From the NCBI GenBank assembly GCA_049472335.1, contig JBLIRO010000057.1, positions 1-33,103 on the forward strand: 33,103 nucleotides of DNA, written 5' to 3'. The notes below the pieces were generated by a model. It saw only the letters and a program-made list of their open reading frames with translations, did not search any database and was not told the origin of the DNA. The translations under genes were made by a program, and so were the position numbers. Below are positions 29,372-33,103 of the stretch, in pieces. The stretch comes from a bacterium. Lineage in GTDB: Bacteria; SZUA-182; DTGQ01; JAFGSM01. The first letter of the stretch is position 1. Every line of letters starts with the position of its first letter.

Positions 29372-30446
29372 CGAAAAACCAAGGTACTTCCTTGATCAGA
29401 TAAAATATTATCCCAGAAACGTGGTATGGGAGCTCACCCTGAGGTGCAATATGAATTGCGCCCATTGCGGATCACGTGCAGGCCAGGCCCGGGGCGAAGA
29501 ATTAAATCATGAAGAGGCCCTGGACCTATGCCGGCAGCTCGGGGAAATGGATTGTGAGATATTGACTCTACTCGGAGGAGAGCCCTTTTTAAGGGAAGAC
29601 TGGGACGATCTCGCCTTATGCCTTAATAAATATGGTGTGAAGGTGAATACCATATCGAACGGATATCTTATGGACCAAGTGCTTGTGGACCGGATCAAGA
29701 GGGCAAGGCTCACCAATGTAGCCATCAGCCTTGACGGACTCCAGAAAACACATGAGAAGATCAGGAGAAAACCCGATTGTTACCAGAGGGTTCTTAACGC
29801 CCTCACACTTCTTCGAAAAAACGAGATCTCCTCTGCCGTAGTAACAACCATATGCCACGCCAACATAAAGGAACTGGATGAGCTCCTCGAGATAATAGTC
29901 CGGCAGCAGGCCGAGATCTGGCAAATCCAGATTGGTGTTCCCAGAGGGAGATTGTGTGAGCACAGCGACTTCATACTTCAGCCGGAAGAGCTGCCGGAAC
30001 TGGAGCGTTTTATCCTGAAGGTCCGCCGGGACGGACGTATCCGCCTTGACGTTGCGGACAACATAGGCTATTTTGGAAGAAACGAAGAAATATTCCGATC
30101 CAGGCCCACTTCAAGGCTGCCCTTCTGGACCGGTTGCTATGCCGGTATGCAGGCCATGGGCATCGATGCAAATGGAGACATCAAGGGGTGCCTGTCCATG
30201 CCCTCCTTGCCTCAATTCATTGAAGGAAACATTCGTAAACAGCCCCTGAAGGAGATATGGGAGAGACCGGGGGCATTCTCTTATAATCGTGATTTTCATT
30301 CGGACCAGCTTGAGGGGGACTGCTCAGGCTGTGAATATGGCAATATCTGCCGCGGAGGCTGTAAATCAACTGCCTACTGTTTTACCGGCTCGTTCTTTAA
30401 CAATCCTTACTGCTTTTACAGAATAGAAAGTAAAAGGGAAAGGTAG
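29343..30446 (+). CDS. Radical SAM/SPASM peptide maturase, PlpX (splicease)-like
   Basis: VVWELTLRCNMNCAHCGSRAG, LLGGEP, DNIGYFG, FWTGCYAG..MGIDANGDIKGC, CSGCEYGNICRGGC, NPYC. ATG at 29343 with a GGGAG RBS, overlapping the upstream gene. Confidence 0.85.
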   Translation: MQRYILKLLNEKPRYFLDQIKYYPRNVVWELTLRCNMNCAHCGSRAGQARGEELNHEEALDLCRQLGEMDCEILTLLGGEPFLREDWDDLALCLNKYGVKVNTISNGYLMDQVLVDRIKRARLTNVAISLDGLQKTHEKIRRKPDCYQRVLNALTLLRKNEISSAVVTTICHANIKELDELLEIIVRQQAEIWQIQIGVPRGRLCEHSDFILQPEELPELERFILKVRRDGRIRLDVADNIGYFGRNEEIFRSRPTSRLPFWTGCYAGMQAMGIDANGDIKGCLSMPSLPQFIEGNIRKQPLKEIWERPGAFSYNRDFHSDQLEGDCSGCEYGNICRGGCKSTAYCFTGSFFNNPYCFYRIESKRER

Positions 30447-30456
30447 GTATATAATC

Positions 30457-31035
30457 ATGGCACATATATTTTTTGAAAGATTAGAAAAGAGACAAAGCAC
30501 TCAGACATTGTTAACAGGAATCGGAGGAACCACCCCAATAGCGATCTATTCGGCTCCACTGCCGGACAGCTACGGATGGGGGAGCATAGGCTTCAATCCC
30601 CTTACCCCGCAATTGCTCTATGGTATCAGTCCTCCAACCACATATCCAACAGGAGGCTATTTCCCATGGGGGAGCGGTGGGCTTTTCGGGATGTACGGTT
30701 ATTCACCATACAGTCCCTTCTCTTCATGGACAAACCCTTTTGGCAGCTATAACCCGTGGAGTTCATGGGGATCGGGCGGCTTTTTCTCTCCCATCTGGAA
30801 TTATCTGGGCGGGCTTTTCGGAGGAAGCTTCCCGTGGTCATGGGGAGGCTCCTGGGGAGGCAACTATCCGGGCATTCCCGACATCCGGTTATTATACGGC
30901 ATACCCAGCCCCATACAGTCTCCTACTAATATAGCAACCTTTTATGGGCTGACTACACCTGTTATCCCGAGCTTACCGCCTAACAATATAGTGGCCTATT
31001 ATGGGATAACAGTCCCGAGTATCGGATTATACTAG
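30457..31035 (+). CDS. Putative RiPP precursor or radical SAM substrate protein with repeated XYG motifs
   Basis: Starts 10 nt after the rSAM stop. Short charged N-terminus, then a G/S/P/W/Y-rich Cys-free body with LLYGI twice, FYGL and YYGI. No Sec signal. Confidence 0.72.
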   Translation: MAHIFFERLEKRQSTQTLLTGIGGTTPIAIYSAPLPDSYGWGSIGFNPLTPQLLYGISPPTTYPTGGYFPWGSGGLFGMYGYSPYSPFSSWTNPFGSYNPWSSWGSGGFFSPIWNYLGGLFGGSFPWSWGGSWGGNYPGIPDIRLLYGIPSPIQSPTNIATFYGLTTPVIPSLPPNNIVAYYGITVPSIGLY

Positions 31036-31087
31036 CAGCACCGGCAGACGTCTTATCAATGATTAGGCGTCTTGCTCGAGATATTGT

Positions 31088-31124
31088 GGCCCGAAGCAAT
31101 CTCTAAATGAGATTGCTTCGGGCC
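31088..31124. terminator. 16-bp perfect hairpin ending the rSAM operon (terminator or REP-like palindrome)
   Basis: GGCCCGAAGCAATCTC-TAAAT-GAGATTGCTTCGGGCC; no U-tract. Confidence 0.6.
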
Positions 31125-31198
31125 AACATCATGCAATAGAAACTATCCATCATTTTGTGAAAAAAATTCTTAATATCTGACAATTCTGAAAATTTGCA

Positions 31199-31227
31199 TT
31201 GACAAAATCCCGGATATTCATTATTCT
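31199..31227 (+). promoter_or_regulatory. Candidate sigma70 promoter for the MNT-HEPN pair
   Basis: TTGACA, 17 nt, TATTCT. Confidence 0.55.
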
Positions 31228-31288
31228 TTGTTATAGGAATAGTAAATTTTATCAGTAATGATTACAATTCTTAACTAAAGACTCGCAT

Positions 31289-31753
31289 ATGGATATTAAA
31301 ATTTATATATCTATGATAAATACTTTAAAACAAACCTTTGGAAATAATCTAAAGTGCGTTATTCTGTTTGGATCCCGTGCCCGTGGTCAGGAAAAAGAAA
31401 CCAGTGATCATGATATCCTCGTTATTATCAATAATTTACCTAATGAACCTATAGCCAGACTAAAACAGGTACGAATGTGCTTGATCAATGTTCCTCTAAG
31501 AATCAATACCATATCCAAAACTCCTGACGAAATTGAAAGGAATCTTACGCCTCTAATGTTAGATATATGTGTAGATGGCATATGTCTTTTTGGAAAAGAG
31601 TTTTTTGAGCCTTTGCATAAAAAGGCATTAAAGGCATTAAAGCAATCAGGTCTTATGAGAAAACGCATTGGCAGAGAATGGTTCTGGGAATTTGAAAAGG
31701 CTCCGCAAAAAGATTGGGAGCTTACCTGGGAAGGGTATCATGAATTCTCGTGA
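31289..31753 (+). CDS. Minimal nucleotidyltransferase (MNT) antitoxin
   Basis: VILFGSRARG..SDHDILVI (GS-x10-DxD motif). Confidence 0.85.
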   Translation: MDIKIYISMINTLKQTFGNNLKCVILFGSRARGQEKETSDHDILVIINNLPNEPIARLKQVRMCLINVPLRINTISKTPDEIERNLTPLMLDICVDGICLFGKEFFEPLHKKALKALKQSGLMRKRIGREWFWEFEKAPQKDWELTWEGYHEFS

Positions 31754-32189
31754 TGAGGTGAAATACCGCTTAAAACTGGCTCAAGGATTTTTAAAAGAGG
31801 CAGAAGAAGATTTTGAACTCAAACGATGGCGATCATGCGTAGATAATGCCCAGCTTGCAGTTGAAAATGCAGGCAAAGCAATTCTCTCTCTCTTTGGTGT
31901 CTCTCCCAAAACCCATGAACCTGCCAAATACTTAGCCCGATTGATTCAATCCAATACAATCTCTCAGGAAATTCAAGAAAAGATAAAGGATATTTTGCCG
32001 GATTTTATTACTTTAGGAGTGGAGGATCATTTCATGACAGACTATGGAGATGAAGCCACTTATACTCTCCCATGGGATATATTCACGCAGGATTCTGCTC
32101 AGGCGGCTCTCTCCTCTGCCCGCCTATGCACTAGTAAATCCAAAGAGATTATCGAGGATATAGAACAATCACGCAGTAATTCCGGTTAA
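31740..32189 (+). CDS. HEPN domain protein (toxin of an MNT-HEPN pair)
   Basis: A..FL.EA..DF...W...V..AQLAVE.A.KA.L...G..PKTH HEPN pattern. ATG at 31740 overlaps the end of the MNT gene. Confidence 0.82.
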   Translation: MNSRDEVKYRLKLAQGFLKEAEEDFELKRWRSCVDNAQLAVENAGKAILSLFGVSPKTHEPAKYLARLIQSNTISQEIQEKIKDILPDFITLGVEDHFMTDYGDEATYTLPWDIFTQDSAQAALSSARLCTSKSKEIIEDIEQSRSNSG

Positions 32190-32373
32190 TTATAACTTTA
32201 TAATCATTGCGAAGCTCCGCATATATAGTGTGTTATTTACCGGAAATAGGAAAAAGCTGAGACTTTAAAAAGCATTATGAAGAAATCAAAAGGCAATGGA
32301 TTTGAGCCAATTCCTTCTTGTATTATTAAGAAGCTTTTCTGAAAAGGGGCTTTACTCAATTTTTTATTCATAA

Positions 32374-32793
32374 TCAGAATCTTGGTCTCCACCCTAAATC
32401 AATTAAAATATCAACAAGCAATAAGCTTGAAACAATCTGAACACCATGAATTGATTTTCCGTACAATGGGCCAAAATGCTTCTTATCACTTGTCCAGAGG
32501 TGGGTGCATTGTGCTCCGATTGCCCCTGCAAGAATCGGAATATCCTGTTGTGGCAAATCTACTGGAAGATCAGTATAAAAGGCATTACTGAGAGAAATGT
32601 TTTTAATTATCCTTTTTAATCCTGATGATTGTTGCGGGCGTTTTGTTTCGATGTTCCGCCTTGCTTCCTCAAAGGCATGGGGACAAGTTATGCATTCATC
32701 CGCATATTTCAATATCGCATCCAGAAGCAATCCTGTGGCGCTTCCATCTGCCGATGCCGAAAAGAGGATGTTGGCATCAAGGAAAATACGCAT
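32374..32793 (-). CDS. PIN-domain protein (VapC-like toxin)
   Basis: IFLDANILFSA, EARRN, D.PILAGA, LWTSDKKHFG. Confidence 0.87.
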   Translation of the reverse strand: MRIFLDANILFSASADGSATGLLLDAILKYADECITCPHAFEEARRNIETKRPQQSSGLKRIIKNISLSNAFYTDLPVDLPQQDIPILAGAIGAQCTHLWTSDKKHFGPLYGKSIHGVQIVSSLLLVDILIDLGWRPRF

Positions 32794-33029
32794 TACCCGG
32801 TTGACCGTTTTTTAAGGTGCCCCATAAGCTTTTTATCCTCTTCCTCGAATTCCTTGATTCGTGAATTAGTGTACATTTCTATGGGGAATGCCACAGCCGG
32901 TTTTAAAATTATTCCATCATCAGACACCTCGGCTATTATTACACCTCCCTTTTCCAAACCTAACCTTTTTCGTAATTCTTTAGGAAGTGTCAGTGTTCCC
33001 CGTTCGTTGATTTGAATAGTTGTTGTCAT
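32793..33029 (-). CDS. AbrB/MazE/SpoVT family antitoxin
   Basis: INERGTLTLPKELRKRLGL..G...GIILKP; 1-bp overlap with the PIN gene; CAGGAG RBS. Confidence 0.87.
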   Translation of the reverse strand: MTTTIQINERGTLTLPKELRKRLGLEKGGVIIAEVSDDGIILKPAVAFPIEMYTNSRIKEFEEEDKKLMGHLKKRSTG

Positions 33030-33103
33030 GATTGCATTCTCCTGAAATAATGAATATCAGCAATTAAGAGTACAGATAGAAAATCAATTTCCAGATATAA
33101 CAT

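Noticed and set aside
27401..30446. Heme biosynthesis (AhbC/AhbD/NirJ) or PqqE assignment for the rSAMs
   Set aside because: No ahbAB/nir or pqqBC genes lie nearby. The context (RRE-like M50 protease and XYG-rich ORF) and motifs fit peptide maturases better. An HMM check is still needed.
30457..31035. Sactipeptide, ranthipeptide or lanthipeptide precursor
   Set aside because: The protein contains no cysteine.

Overview
This is an AT-rich bacterial window, probably from an anaerobe: it carries a tetraheme cytochrome c3, a superoxide reductase and several Fe-S radical SAM enzymes. The lineage cannot be fixed from this window alone. Housekeeping content includes an M16 peptidase pair, a sulfate/thiosulfate ABC transporter (sbp-cysT-cysW-cysA), a DUF2914-like protein, an AmmeMemoRadiSam radical SAM enzyme, a VOC protein, a SAM methyltransferase, PgeF/YfiH and a complete F1Fo ATP synthase operon (atpBEFHAGDC). 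There are three toxin-antitoxin-like pairs. The standout is a four-gene putative RiPP/protein-modification operon at 26400-31035. It encodes an RRE-like/M50 membrane protease fusion, an unusual stomatin (SPFH)-radical SAM/SPASM fusion, a second radical SAM/SPASM that resembles PlpX-type spliceases, and a 192-aa Cys-free, almost uncharged precursor-like protein with four copies of hydrophobic-Y-G-[IL]-x-x-P. The window also holds a set of Sec-exported proteins, mostly low-complexity and Gly/Tyr/Trp-rich, that share an Ala|Gln cleavage site and a Trp near the C-terminus. Two of their long upstream regions each contain a pair of orphan AGGAGGTGA Shine-Dalgarno-like sites. All family assignments come from motif recognition by eye, not from database searches.
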